Counted from the stretch's first letter, positions 8,722-19,313 are shown. The stretch is 64,000 nucleotides of DNA from Flagellimonas sp. (GCF_965212575.1 NZ_OZ243113.1:1115662-1179661), one strand, 5' to 3'. Made by a program: numbers and translations. The notes: a model not told the origin generated them from the sequence alone.

Positions 8722-8793
8722 TTCATCGATAAAAGACCATCGATGAAATCCATATGTTTAGATAGGTTCGTAAAGTTACTGCATTTCATCGAA
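8722..8793. promoter_or_regulatory. Three copies of TTCATCGA: a perfect 9-bp inverted repeat plus one downstream direct copy; candidate operator upstream of the beta-helix lipoprotein gene
   Basis: TTCATCGAT (8722-8730), an 8-nt spacer, then ATCGATGAA (8739-8747). A third copy, TTCATCGA, lies at 8785-8792. All sit in the 503-bp divergent intergenic region. Confidence 0.35.
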
Positions 8794-8855
8794 TAATTTC
8801 GTTTTTAAACGATTTTGCTTTGAAGAAGACTTAATTTTAGAATCTCAATCTCTTT

Positions 8856-10922
8856 ATGACTATGAAAATTGCCTGTCCCCACCTACCTACTATGTTAATA
8901 TTGACTATTTTTATGTTGTTTTTTTCCTCATGCGATAAAGACAACGATCTTTTTTTGGAAGCTGTCCTCGAGGAAGAACAGGTTGAACAATCTGAGACAA
9001 CTGGGGATGAGACACCATCAGATAGCTCACCAGGGAATCCTAGCGGAAACACTAATACAACTATTATTAAGGATGACCCTGAAGGCCCCACGGCCAAGCC
9101 GCCTACAATTTTGGGTACTTATACCCCAAGTTCGGCAGCTGAGATCTCTGACCCTTCCAAAGCCAATTACAAAGCAATAATTTCAAGTTCTTTTGATTGT
9201 GATGACTGTGTTTTTGCCTCTGGTCAAGTTATTGAACCAAATGGTGGTGTAATTAGTGGACGAAATATTGACCTAAACGATGCATTTATTGAGGAGAATG
9301 GTAAACAGGCTTTTTCTTCTAGTGCCAAGTTTTCTTCAGTATATGATAAAACTAGGGTAAGTCCTGAACTTTTTGGAGGAATGGCAAATGACTCTAACAG
9401 TGATGATAATGCTATAGAAGCGTTAATTGATAACTGTCAGTTTGGCTCTGGGGTTTTGAATGGTGTTTACATCAAAAATAATGAATCCGTGCATAGGCGA
9501 CCTGGAGAATTCAACTGGAATATGAATGAAGCAATTGTACGGACGACCAATGGGGTCAACCTTAGCCATGGTACCGAAACGACCAATTTGGATAAATATC
9601 TAATTTTCTTTGAAGGGCTTATTCCTAAGATATTTAATGGTGAATTCGATGGAAACGAAATAGCTAGTAGAGCTATTAGGGTTGATAAAACGACATCATA
9701 CTTTTTTAAAGACTTATACATACACGATTATTATTCGCCTCCAAATGCTTACGCCAGAGCAGTAGCTTTAAAATTGGATGTTCGAGCGGATTCAGCCCAT
9801 AACTTTACATTAGGAGAAGTTTTTGATTGTAGAATAGAGAATATTGGAGCTGCCAGTAACTCAAATGCAAATGATTCTCCTTGGGGGGTTTCAAAAGCGA
9901 TTTGGACAAGTCAATCTGGTAATGGTGATGCAAATCTATATTTTTCTGGAAACCGCATCACCAATATTCATGGCGATGACGCTGAAGCTTATTATAGTGA
10001 CAAGCTATGGGGAGGTTCATACGACTATCAACAAAGCCGAGTGAATTACATTTTTGATAACGAGGATTACCGGGGGGCTCAACGAAGGGCTATGAAGATT
10101 ACTGTCTCCAACGCAGTGATTGTAAACTCTTATTTTGAGAGTGTTACCAACGCACCCACATTTGCTGGTGCCCAGGCAACCTTGTTACACTTTTTTAGTA
10201 CAAGTGGATCTGACCAACCGCTTGATGACATAACATTCAGTAACAATGAAATTAGAATTGTGGGGAATGCACAAAACAATCCTTTGGGCTTCAACGATAT
10301 CAAGGACTGTAAGTTTAATAACAACTCCATTATTTGCGATACCTTTACGGCTTACAGTTTTATTGGATTCGGAACGGGAATATCCGATCCATATTCCGGT
10401 GATTTCGAGAACGTGGAAATTAAGGGGAACAATATAACAAATGCATTTTGTCATTTTGACACAGTCTACAATCCTATCAATGGAGGACCGGAATTTGTTG
10501 ATAATGATTTTGATATAACCCTAGAGGAGAACCCTGGTGCTTATATAGGTGTTTTCAGAATTTTCCAATCTTCTGGTATTTATCCGGAATTCCATGCTAG
10601 CAACGTTGACATAAACGTTAATCTGGCATCAAATGCTGGAGCGGCCCTTTTTGGTGGCGTATTCAATACTTGGGGAGCTGAAGCTAAAAATTGGACTTTA
10701 GATAATATAACAATAAATTATACTGGTGTTAATCCTCAATACCCTTTTGCCTATACTGGCAAAAATGATACCTCAGCCGACTTTGACAGCACAAATACAA
10801 TTAGCAACTGTACTATCAATGGTGCAAGTGGGACAGGCGCGATATTTGTTAAAGGTGCTGATCAATCAGTAGTTATTTCAAATAGTTTTGGCGATGGGTC
10901 AACAGCACTTACCGTACAATAA
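8856..10922 (+). CDS. Secreted lipoprotein with predicted right-handed beta-helix (pectate-lyase/tailspike-like); candidate polysaccharide hydrolase or lyase
   Basis: 688 aa. Lipobox LFFSSC followed by an E/S/T/P/G-rich linker. GGMANDSNSDDNAIEALIDNC resembles the GA.GDG.TDDT.AIQ.AI start of pectate_lyase_3-type beta helices. N/G/I/V-rich segments recur (NNEIRIVGNAQNN, NNNSIICDTF, IKGNNITNAF). Confidence 0.55.
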   Translation: MTMKIACPHLPTMLILTIFMLFFSSCDKDNDLFLEAVLEEEQVEQSETTGDETPSDSSPGNPSGNTNTTIIKDDPEGPTAKPPTILGTYTPSSAAEISDPSKANYKAIISSSFDCDDCVFASGQVIEPNGGVISGRNIDLNDAFIEENGKQAFSSSAKFSSVYDKTRVSPELFGGMANDSNSDDNAIEALIDNCQFGSGVLNGVYIKNNESVHRRPGEFNWNMNEAIVRTTNGVNLSHGTETTNLDKYLIFFEGLIPKIFNGEFDGNEIASRAIRVDKTTSYFFKDLYIHDYYSPPNAYARAVALKLDVRADSAHNFTLGEVFDCRIENIGAASNSNANDSPWGVSKAIWTSQSGNGDANLYFSGNRITNIHGDDAEAYYSDKLWGGSYDYQQSRVNYIFDNEDYRGAQRRAMKITVSNAVIVNSYFESVTNAPTFAGAQATLLHFFSTSGSDQPLDDITFSNNEIRIVGNAQNNPLGFNDIKDCKFNNNSIICDTFTAYSFIGFGTGISDPYSGDFENVEIKGNNITNAFCHFDTVYNPINGGPEFVDNDFDITLEENPGAYIGVFRIFQSSGIYPEFHASNVDINVNLASNAGAALFGGVFNTWGAEAKNWTLDNITINYTGVNPQYPFAYTGKNDTSADFDSTNTISNCTINGASGTGAIFVKGADQSVVISNSFGDGSTALTVQ

Positions 10923-11119
10923 AGGAGTTTTTGCCTCCTCCAAGAACTAATGCAAAAGTAGACTTCCAATAAAATAGGTGGCACATATAAATACTGTTAT
11001 CAGGACAAGTTGACGATGCTTTTATTGTTGTCATGAATATGGCATCTGCAGCGGGATTTAATGTCATTAATCCCATTTAATATACTTTTCGTACAATAAA
11101 GCTTGTTTTATCCTGTTTA

Positions 11120-12265
11120 ATGGACATCTTTGCAAAAAAATGTCAAAACGTGTCTAAAAAAGCATTAATAACTGGTGTTACTGGCCAAGATGGGGCCTAT
11201 TTAAGTGAGTTTTTATTAAAAAAAGGGTATGAGGTACATGGATTGAAAAGACGGTCTTCGCTTTTCAATACCGATCGTATTGACCATTTGTACCAGGATC
11301 CCCATGTAGAAAACCGCAACTTCATTTTGCATTATGGGGACATGACGGATAGTACCAACCTGATTCGTTTAATTCAGGAAATCCAGCCTGACGAAATCTA
11401 TAATTTGGCGGCAATGAGCCATGTCCATGTGAGTTTTGAAACTCCTGAATATACCGGTAATGCGGATGGTTTGGGAACCTTGAGGATTCTTGACGCGGTA
11501 AGATTATTGGGCTTGGGCGATAAAACCAGAATATATCAAGCATCAACATCCGAATTATATGGAAAGGTGCAAGAAGTGCCCCAAAGTGAGGCCACCCCAT
11601 TTTACCCGAGGAGTCCTTACGCAGTGGCAAAGATGTATGCCTATTGGATAACGGTAAATTACCGTGAGGCCTATAATATGTATGCATGCAATGGTATTCT
11701 TTTTAACCATGAATCGCCAATCCGTGGAGAAACTTTTGTGACCCGGAAGATAACAAGGGCAACGGCGAGAATAGCAATGGGGTTGCAGGACAAATTTTTT
11801 CTTGGAAATCTTGATGCCCAAAGAGATTGGGGCCATGCCAAGGATTATGTGAGAATGATGTGGATGATACTTCAAGCGGACCAACCCGAAGATTGGGTCA
11901 TCGCCACCGGAAAAACTACAACTGTCCGTGACTTTGTTAGGATGAGTTTCAATGAGGTGGGAATAGAACTGGAATTCAAAGGAGAGGGGGTGAATGAAAA
12001 AGCTTTTGTTAAAGCCTGTGGCAATCCAGAGTTTCAATTGGAGATTGGGAAAGAAGTACTATCCGTGGACCCAAAGTACTTCAGACCGACAGAGGTCGAT
12101 TTGTTAATAGGAGACCCGACCAAGGCCAAGACCAAATTGGGGTGGATCCCTGAATATGACCTACCGGCTTTGGTCAAGGATATGATGCAAAGCGATGTCA
12201 AGCTAATGCAAAAAGAGCAATACCTTAAGGACGGTGGTTATCGCATTCTAAACTATTTTGAATAG
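11120..12265 (+). CDS. gmd: GDP-mannose 4,6-dehydratase
   Basis: [48 protein letters not shown] and [17 protein letters not shown] are collinear with E. coli Gmd. The GTG at 11150 would give MSKKALITG, which fits the canonical N-terminus better than the ATG at 11120. Confidence 0.93.
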   Translation: MDIFAKKCQNVSKKALITGVTGQDGAYLSEFLLKKGYEVHGLKRRSSLFNTDRIDHLYQDPHVENRNFILHYGDMTDSTNLIRLIQEIQPDEIYNLAAMSHVHVSFETPEYTGNADGLGTLRILDAVRLLGLGDKTRIYQASTSELYGKVQEVPQSEATPFYPRSPYAVAKMYAYWITVNYREAYNMYACNGILFNHESPIRGETFVTRKITRATARIAMGLQDKFFLGNLDAQRDWGHAKDYVRMMWMILQADQPEDWVIATGKTTTVRDFVRMSFNEVGIELEFKGEGVNEKAFVKACGNPEFQLEIGKEVLSVDPKYFRPTEVDLLIGDPTKAKTKLGWIPEYDLPALVKDMMQSDVKLMQKEQYLKDGGYRILNYFE

Positions 12266-12268
12266 AAA

Positions 12269-13354
12269 ATGGAACTAAATTCCAAGATTTACGTTGCTGG
12301 GCATAGAGGTTTGGTTGGTAGTGCATTGGTCAAGAATTTAAAATCAAAAGGTTATGGGAACATCATAACGCGGACACATGCCGAACTTGATTTGACCAAT
12401 TCCATTAAGGTTGCTGAATTTTTTGAAAAAGAAAAACCGGAATATGTCTTCTTGGCAGCGGCCAAAGTTGGAGGAATAGTGGCCAATAATATATATAGGG
12501 GGGAATTTATTTATGATAACCTGATGATTCAAAACAATGTGATCCATCAGAGTTATCAGCATGGAGTAAAAAAATTACTGTTTTTGGGAAGTACATGTAT
12601 CTATCCAAAACAGTGTCCTCAACCTATGCAAGAGGATTATTTGTTAACAGACACGTTGGAATATACGAACGAGCCTTATGCCATTGCCAAAATAGCGGGA
12701 ATCAAGTTATGTGAAAGCTATAACCTCCAATATGGGACAAATTTTATTTCGGTTATGCCAACGAACTTATATGGGCCCAATGACAATTTTGATTTGGAAA
12801 AATCCCATGTGCTCCCTGCTTTGATTCGTAAAATACACCTTGGAAAAGCATTGGAGAATGAAGATTGGGATATGATCGATAAAGATTTGGACACCCTTCC
12901 GATAGAAGGGGTTTCAGGAAGATCTTTGTTAGAGGACAAAGTGGCCATTCTTAAAAGATATGGTGTTTCAGTTGATGCCAGTGGTAAAGCTAAGGTTGAG
13001 ATATGGGGCACAGGAAAACCACGAAGGGAGTTTTTATGGTCCGAAGACATGGCTGACGCCTGTGTATTTATCATGCAAAAAAGAAATTTTGATGATACTT
13101 ACCAAAAAGACCAAGAAGAAGTAAGAAATACCCATATTAATATTGGAACAGGTATTGATATCTCCATAGCCGAATTGGCGGAACAAATTAAAAGGCACAT
13201 TGGATTTAAGGGAACTTTTGTCTTCAATACCGATAAGCCTGACGGTACCATGGTCAAAAGAACAGATGTTACCAAACTCCATAAATTGGGATGGAAACAC
13301 CAAATAGAACTGAACGAGGGAGTTTCACTTATGTATGAGCATTATCTGGGCTGA
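12269..13354 (+). CDS. fcl: GDP-L-fucose synthase (GDP-4-keto-6-deoxymannose 3,5-epimerase/4-reductase)
   Basis: 361 aa. Has IYVAGHRGLVGSAL, PYAIAKIAG, and TNLYGPNDNF. Lies immediately downstream of gmd. Confidence 0.9.
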   Translation: MELNSKIYVAGHRGLVGSALVKNLKSKGYGNIITRTHAELDLTNSIKVAEFFEKEKPEYVFLAAAKVGGIVANNIYRGEFIYDNLMIQNNVIHQSYQHGVKKLLFLGSTCIYPKQCPQPMQEDYLLTDTLEYTNEPYAIAKIAGIKLCESYNLQYGTNFISVMPTNLYGPNDNFDLEKSHVLPALIRKIHLGKALENEDWDMIDKDLDTLPIEGVSGRSLLEDKVAILKRYGVSVDASGKAKVEIWGTGKPRREFLWSEDMADACVFIMQKRNFDDTYQKDQEEVRNTHINIGTGIDISIAELAEQIKRHIGFKGTFVFNTDKPDGTMVKRTDVTKLHKLGWKHQIELNEGVSLMYEHYLG

Positions 13355-13398
13355 TCAAGTAATATCTGAAACTTTCTATTAACCATTAACCATAGAGT

Positions 13399-14724
13399 TT
13401 GATTTCCAAGATCACGAACTACTTAAAAAACAACTCTGGATTTACCAGATATCTGAAGAATACATCTTGGTTGATGGGTGAAAAGATTGTTAGACTGGTT
13501 GTTGCGTTGAGTATTGGTGTTTGGGTAACACGTTATTTGGGACCAGTGCAGTTTGGAATTTTAAGCTATGCCCAAAGTTTTGTTGGAATTTTTGCAGCTT
13601 TGTCATCATTGGGCCTTAGTGATATTATCGTAAGAGAGTTGGTGAAATCCCAAGAACGCAAGAACGTTCTTTTGGGGTCCTCATTTGGACTTCAGACGTT
13701 AGGCTCTACAGCGATAATGATAATTTTAGTCATTAGTATTTCTATTAATGACAATGAAGCCCTGACTAATAAGATTATCCTAATTCTAGGATTACTAACG
13801 TTTGTCAACAGTTTTGCCGTTATCACAACCTATTTTAATAGTATTGTTAAAAGTAAATTCTATGCAATTCCCGGATTACTCGGGCTGGCATTTTCCTCTT
13901 TGATAAAGGTGTTTTTAATATTAGAAGGATATCCTCTAATCTATTTTGTTTATGTACTTGCTTTTGACGTTATTTTTTTGACCATCGGTCAAATATGGTT
14001 TTATAGAAAGTTGGGGCATTCGATTTCAGATTGGAGCTTTTCATGGTCAGTTGCCAAGAGTTTATTGAAAGACGCTTGGCCTTTGATATTGAGCGGAATC
14101 ATAGTATCTATCTATATGAAAATAGATCAAGTAATGATCAAGGAGTTTATGGATAATGCTGATGTTGGGTATTATTCCGCCGCAGTCAGGCTTAGTGAAG
14201 CATGGTATTTTATACCCACTATCATTTGCAGTTCATTATTTCCAGCTATAATCAATGCAAAGATTATTTCCAGGGAAATGTATATGGCCAGACTACAGAA
14301 ACTCTATAATTTGATGGTCTTACTGGGAGTTGTTATAATTGTTCCGGTGCTATTATTGAGTGAATGGGTAATTCTTTTATTATATGGGGAGGCCTATAAT
14401 CAATCTGCGGGTGTTTTGAACATCCATATCTTAGGAAGTGTATTCGTATTTTTGGGAGTTGCAAACCAAAAATGGTTTGTCAGTGAAAATTTCCAAGCCT
14501 ACAATATTATCTGCCTAGGACTTGGAATGATTACGAACGTGGTCTTAAACATTTTTTTGATACCTAAATATGGTATTATTGGGGCGGCGTATGCTACACT
14601 TATTTCACAGTTTATTGCATCGGTTTTAGCTCCGGCATTTTTTGAGAAAACAAGAAATTCATTTTTTATGATGCTGAAGGCTATGTTCTTTGTACAAATT
14701 TTTAAAGAAAGGAAATTAGTTTAA
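13399..14724 (+). CDS. wzx: Wzx-type polysaccharide flippase (MOP superfamily)
   Basis: 441 aa and polytopic. The N-terminal RYLGPVQFG motif and overall hydrophobic profile fit. A TTG start is assumed at 13399; the next in-frame ATG is at 13474. Confidence 0.8.
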   Translation: MISKITNYLKNNSGFTRYLKNTSWLMGEKIVRLVVALSIGVWVTRYLGPVQFGILSYAQSFVGIFAALSSLGLSDIIVRELVKSQERKNVLLGSSFGLQTLGSTAIMIILVISISINDNEALTNKIILILGLLTFVNSFAVITTYFNSIVKSKFYAIPGLLGLAFSSLIKVFLILEGYPLIYFVYVLAFDVIFLTIGQIWFYRKLGHSISDWSFSWSVAKSLLKDAWPLILSGIIVSIYMKIDQVMIKEFMDNADVGYYSAAVRLSEAWYFIPTIICSSLFPAIINAKIISREMYMARLQKLYNLMVLLGVVIIVPVLLLSEWVILLLYGEAYNQSAGVLNIHILGSVFVFLGVANQKWFVSENFQAYNIICLGLGMITNVVLNIFLIPKYGIIGAAYATLISQFIASVLAPAFFEKTRNSFFMMLKAMFFVQIFKERKLV

Positions 14725-14844
14725 CACTTTAGAAAACAAAAATTAAATAAACAATTTTTGGATAAAAACGGAGTTTTTTAATTATCATCGATTTTTATAA
14801 CCAGGTCATTTTAAAAAGGATGGCCATCATACAAATTAAACCAA

Positions 14845-16701
14845 ATGTGTGGCATTTTAGGAACAGTACCCTCTTCAGGCTTTGACCAATTCAAGTCTGC
14901 TTTGGATACCTTGACACATCGCGGCCCTGACAGCTACGGAATTGAAAATATTTCTGATGAGGTTTCATTGGGGCACCGTAGACTTTCTATTTTAGACCTT
15001 TCTGAGAATGGACATCAACCCATGTTTCATGAAAGTAAGAAGTATGCCATTGTTTTAAATGGAGAGATCTATAATTTTCTTGAAATACAAAAAGAGCTTC
15101 GAGATCTAGGACATAGTTTTAGGTCCGCATCCGACACCGAAGTCCTGCTCAAGGCATACATACAATGGGGAGAGGATTGTGTTCTAAAATTCAATGGCAT
15201 GTGGGCATTTGCTATTTGGGATGTTGAAAAAAGAAGACTTTTTATGTCACGTGACCGCTATGGTAAAAAACCTTTGTTCTATACGCAGGTCGACGGGAAA
15301 TTTGTGTTTGCCTCTGAAATGAAGGCCATCTTCCCATTCTTAAAAGAAATGGAGGTCTCGGATGATTTTCATTGGATGAAGAAAAATATTTTTTTCTATG
15401 AAGCCACTGACAAATGCTTAATTAAAGGAATCAAGAGATTTCCTGCGGGACATAATGGTTTTTTAGAAAATGGTAAGCTTACTATCTCTAGATATTGGAA
15501 CACGTTGGATACTTTGGTGGATGTTCCAAAAAGATATGAGGACCAAGTTGAGCATTTTAGAGAGCTTTTTCTTGATGCCTGCAAGCTTAGAATGCGTGCC
15601 GATGTCACTATTGGAACGGCTTTAAGTGGCGGTCTTGATAGTAGCGCCACCATTGCCGCGATGGCTAATCTATCAAAAAACAACAAAAGTTACTCTAACG
15701 ATTGGCAGCATGCATTTGTTGCCGCGTTTCCAGGAACCCCATTGGATGAATCACACTACGCTAAAATGGTCACCGATCATTTAGGGATTGGAGCAACGTT
15801 CGTAGACATTGATCCATTAAAGCATTGGGAAAACATAGAACATTACTTCTATTTGTTCGAAGATTTGTATATAACGTCCCCGTTACCCATGATTATGCTA
15901 TACGGAGCGGTCAAAGACAATGGTGTAACAGTTACCTTGGATGGCCATGGAGCTGATGAGCTTTTAAGCGGATATCAGCAAGGTGCATTGGAAAGTCTAT
16001 GGGATGCCAGGTTTAGTCCTAAGAATACAAAAGACATTCTGAATATATATCAAGAATCAATAAATGAGGATAAAGTACAATATGAAAGAGTGGGGAATGC
16101 CAAGCTATACTCTAACTTTATGATCAGGAAAATGGGCAAAAAACTCTTAGGGAAAAAGATGCCTTCTATAGATAACGGTCATATCAATTTTAACAAGCTA
16201 GATAATCATTCCCAATATTTGTATGCAATGTTCCACGAAAACATTTTGCCCACATTGCTAAGAAACTATGATCGCTATGCAATGATCAATGGTGTTGAGA
16301 TTCGAATGCCGTTTATGGACCACAGAATTGTAAGTTTCGTCAACTCATTGCCTTATTCAAGTAAAATAGGAAATGGTTATACAAAAAGGATTGTAAGAGA
16401 CGCACTTGATCCATATCTTCCAAAAGAAATTACCTGGAGGAAATCCAAGATAGGTTTTAGTTCTCCGATAGTGGATTGGATGCAAAATGAGTTAAGCGAG
16501 TGGTTTTTGGATAACGTGAACTCTAAATCGTTCTTAGAGTCGAATCTTGTTGAAAGACCGAAAAAACTTCAGGAGAAAATAACCAATATTGTAACAAAAC
16601 AAAGCAACAGTTTCACTGAAGCACAAAACTGTTGGACTGAATTTTCACCATATATTTGGGAAAAAGCAATCTTTAAAACCGAGAGTCAAACGGTGGTTTG
16701 A
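14845..16701 (+). CDS. Asparagine synthase (glutamine-hydrolysing)-like amidotransferase
   Basis: 618 aa. N-terminal MCGI (Ntn cysteine) and the SGGLDSS PP-loop. It sits inside a glycan locus, so it is probably a sugar amidotransferase rather than housekeeping AsnB. Confidence 0.85.
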   Translation: MCGILGTVPSSGFDQFKSALDTLTHRGPDSYGIENISDEVSLGHRRLSILDLSENGHQPMFHESKKYAIVLNGEIYNFLEIQKELRDLGHSFRSASDTEVLLKAYIQWGEDCVLKFNGMWAFAIWDVEKRRLFMSRDRYGKKPLFYTQVDGKFVFASEMKAIFPFLKEMEVSDDFHWMKKNIFFYEATDKCLIKGIKRFPAGHNGFLENGKLTISRYWNTLDTLVDVPKRYEDQVEHFRELFLDACKLRMRADVTIGTALSGGLDSSATIAAMANLSKNNKSYSNDWQHAFVAAFPGTPLDESHYAKMVTDHLGIGATFVDIDPLKHWENIEHYFYLFEDLYITSPLPMIMLYGAVKDNGVTVTLDGHGADELLSGYQQGALESLWDARFSPKNTKDILNIYQESINEDKVQYERVGNAKLYSNFMIRKMGKKLLGKKMPSIDNGHINFNKLDNHSQYLYAMFHENILPTLLRNYDRYAMINGVEIRMPFMDHRIVSFVNSLPYSSKIGNGYTKRIVRDALDPYLPKEITWRKSKIGFSSPIVDWMQNELSEWFLDNVNSKSFLESNLVERPKKLQEKITNIVTKQSNSFTEAQNCWTEFSPYIWEKAIFKTESQTVV

Positions 16702-16750
16702 TGTTCAGCTAATAATTTGTGACAAGATTTCGGATAACTAAAATTTCAAA

Positions 16751-17464
16751 ATGGCCGAAGCACTAAAAAAAATAATTCTCTCAAACCGATGGTTCACATC
16801 CTTGGCCATTAGGCTTAACAAGTTTCGGTTAAAAAGAAAGTACAACCTTAAATTTGGTAAAGGAGTATTTGTAGGTTTTTCTGTAATCACTGAGGGGCGT
16901 AATTTTTTTGATGACAAAAGCTACATTACAAGTTCCCATATAGGGTACGGTTCTTATTTGGGAGCGAACACACAAATTTCAAAAGCTAGGATTGGACGTT
17001 ATTCATCCATTGGGCCTCGAGTAGATTGCGTATTTGGAAGGCATCCTTCAGATACGTTTGTTTCCACACATCCTGTTTTTTTTTCGACAAACAAACAAAT
17101 GGGCTATTCATATACAGAGGTTCCTTTGTTTGAAGAATCTGCACCAATGAGGGACACGGGAGGAAAGTACTCCATTTTGATTGGTAATGATGTTTGGATT
17201 GGAGCCAATGTGACCATCATGGATGGTGTCGCTATAGGGGATGGGGCTATTGTCGCGTCCAATGCACTTGTAACTAAAGATGTTCCCCCATATGCTATTG
17301 TTGGTGGGGTTCCGGCCAAGGTAATTAAAAAGAGGTTCACAGAAGAACAAATTGAATTTTTGCTCGAATTCAAATGGTGGGATAAACCGGAACAATGGAT
17401 TAGCAAAAATGCCCACCTGTTTGTTGATATTGAACGGTTATATACAGAGCATCAAAATGGATAA
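16751..17464 (+). CDS. Hexapeptide-repeat (LbH) acetyltransferase, CatB/Vat-like
   Basis: 237 aa. Has [49 protein letters not shown] and a C-terminal KWWD tail. Confidence 0.85.
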   Translation: MAEALKKIILSNRWFTSLAIRLNKFRLKRKYNLKFGKGVFVGFSVITEGRNFFDDKSYITSSHIGYGSYLGANTQISKARIGRYSSIGPRVDCVFGRHPSDTFVSTHPVFFSTNKQMGYSYTEVPLFEESAPMRDTGGKYSILIGNDVWIGANVTIMDGVAIGDGAIVASNALVTKDVPPYAIVGGVPAKVIKKRFTEEQIEFLLEFKWWDKPEQWISKNAHLFVDIERLYTEHQNG

Positions 17465-18623
17465 TCCTGTACCTATTGTTGTTGTTGGTTTTAATAGGCC
17501 TAGATCTATCTCAAGAATCCTTGAATCTTTGAGCAAAGCCTATTATCCAAATAAAAACATCCCCTTAATCATAAGTATTGATAAAGGTGACGATAATCAA
17601 GAAGTTTTGGATATAGCCAATAACTTTGAATGGTTGTATGGAGACAAAATTGTTCATAATAATCCAGAAAACCTTGGTCTTCGAAAACATATTATCCAAT
17701 GTGGTGATTTGAGCTTAAAATATGGTTCCGTGCTCATATTGGAAGATGATCTTTATGTCTCACCAAATTTCTATTATTATACGGTAAGGGCCCTTGAATT
17801 TTCGGATAACAAGACCTACATCGGAGGGATTTCACTTTACAACCACCAAACAAATGTTCATACGAATGACATTTTTTTGGCTTTGGACGATGGCTACGAT
17901 AATTGGTACTTTCAATTTGCCTCCTCTTGGGGTCAGGCTTGGACTGAAGGGCAATGGAAAAATTTTAAGGATTGGTATGGTGAAAATGATGTTTTACCAA
18001 GATCAGAGGCAATTCCCGCCAACGTAGCTAGCTGGTCGGACAAATCATGGTTGAAATTTTTTATTGCTTTTTTGATTGAAACCAACACCTATTTTTTATA
18101 TCCAAAACTATCCTTGACAACAAATTTCAGCGATGCTGGAACACATGTAAATACTAATAGTACGGGATATCAAGTGCCCTTGCTATCCATCAAAAAGGAA
18201 AATTATAATTTTAGCTCAATTGATAGTTGTAAAGGGATATATAATAGCTTTTATGAAAACACAACGTTAGCAAACTACTTGGAAATACCCAAAGAAGAAC
18301 TTTGTATTGACTTGTATGGATATCAACATTTAACCTCTGATCGGTATTGGCTGACATCAAAGACTGTTGGCTATAAAATCATCAAATCTTTTTCTCGGTC
18401 TTTAAGACCTTTAGAATTAAACATCATTGAAAATGTACAGGGTAACGAGTTCTTCTTATATGATACCAGTGTTATTGAGAAAAATGATTACAAGGAAAAT
18501 AGATATGGTAAAATCATGTATAATTTGAAACATTTAAACTACTATGATTTGTTGTATTTGTTTAAGGTTGAGACAAAAAGTAAAATTAAGCGCCTGATTC
18601 AAAAAGTAACCAGTAGATTCTAG
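17457..18623 (+). CDS. Glycosyltransferase, GT-A fold
   Basis: The track ORF starts at 17352. I prefer the ATG at 17457, which overlaps the upstream stop (ATGGATAA) and gives [15 protein letters not shown]... The acidic EDD motif (ILEDDLYV) is GT-A-like. Confidence 0.6.
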   Translation: MDNPVPIVVVGFNRPRSISRILESLSKAYYPNKNIPLIISIDKGDDNQEVLDIANNFEWLYGDKIVHNNPENLGLRKHIIQCGDLSLKYGSVLILEDDLYVSPNFYYYTVRALEFSDNKTYIGGISLYNHQTNVHTNDIFLALDDGYDNWYFQFASSWGQAWTEGQWKNFKDWYGENDVLPRSEAIPANVASWSDKSWLKFFIAFLIETNTYFLYPKLSLTTNFSDAGTHVNTNSTGYQVPLLSIKKENYNFSSIDSCKGIYNSFYENTTLANYLEIPKEELCIDLYGYQHLTSDRYWLTSKTVGYKIIKSFSRSLRPLELNIIENVQGNEFFLYDTSVIEKNDYKENRYGKIMYNLKHLNYYDLLYLFKVETKSKIKRLIQKVTSRF

Positions 18624-18690
18624 TATTAAACATTGACTAGTTTATAGGTATGATTTAGTTAAAAAGCACGGTATTCAAATCTTTGGGATT

Positions 18691-19290
18691 ATGAACTTTC
18701 TTAAAAAACTCTTATTACGCTTGCTAGGACTTCCAAACACCTTGTATAATCGATTTATTTTGACGTATAAAAAGGTTGAATACAAACAAACCCCTTCGAT
18801 TTATGGAAAACTCATTGTATTGGGGCAGGGCAGAATCGTATTCGGTGAAAATGTGGAAATCAATTCGAGTTTAAGATCAAATCCTATTGGTGGCGATTCT
18901 AGAACCATTATGTCGGTAGCCAAAGGGGCTATAATACAAATTGGAAACAATACTGGGATGTCCAATGTGACCTTGTTTTGCAAGAAAGGCATTACCATAG
19001 GTGATAATGTCAAAATAGGAGGTTCAGTGAAAATATATGATTCAGATTTTCATGCATTGGATTATGTCAAAAGAAGAAAAACAACTACAGATATAACCAA
19101 TATAGCACCTGTTTCCATAGGGAATGATTGTTTTATTGGAGCACATAGTATTATTCTAAAAGGCGTTGAAATTGGTAATAAATCTATTGTTGGAGCTGGC
19201 TCGGTTGTCACCAAATCCATTCCTGAAGGGGAAATATGGGCTGGAAACCCCGCTAAGTTGATAAGAAGATTAGCAAATACCAATTTGTAA
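18691..19290 (+). CDS. Hexapeptide-repeat O-acetyltransferase (WcaF/LacA-like)
   Basis: 199 aa. Has CFIGAHSIILKGVEIGNKSIVGAGSVVTKSIPEGEIWAGNPAKLIRRL. Confidence 0.85.
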   Translation: MNFLKKLLLRLLGLPNTLYNRFILTYKKVEYKQTPSIYGKLIVLGQGRIVFGENVEINSSLRSNPIGGDSRTIMSVAKGAIIQIGNNTGMSNVTLFCKKGITIGDNVKIGGSVKIYDSDFHALDYVKRRKTTTDITNIAPVSIGNDCFIGAHSIILKGVEIGNKSIVGAGSVVTKSIPEGEIWAGNPAKLIRRLANTNL

Positions 19291-19313
19291 TTAACAATAA
19301 ATAAAAACGTATA

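Noticed and set aside
10923-10950. Short hairpin AGGAG-TTTTTGC-CTCCT after the beta-helix lipoprotein gene; possible terminator separating it from gmd.
   Set aside because: The stem is only 5 bp and has no U tract, which is too weak to call.
11322-12037. Antisense ORFs of 121 and 160 aa inside gmd. Similar cases: 33760-34343 inside capD/pglF, 61948-62391 and 62788-63225 inside the D-aminoacylase gene, 55305-55715 inside the MocR gene, 23456-23881 across wecB/fnlA, and 5802-6182 across the SDR/CapK junction.
   Set aside because: All lie opposite ORFs with strong, motif-supported identities. Their translations are low-complexity or biased with no recognisable motifs. They are typical shadow ORFs.
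17352-17456. Upstream extensions of track ORFs (17352, 25156, 27464, 34595, 35489, 52197).
   Set aside because: Each extension overlaps the 3' end of the preceding gene and adds non-homologous residues. Internal ATGs at 17457, 25180, 27482, 34721, 35525 and 52236 give canonical N-termini or signal peptides.
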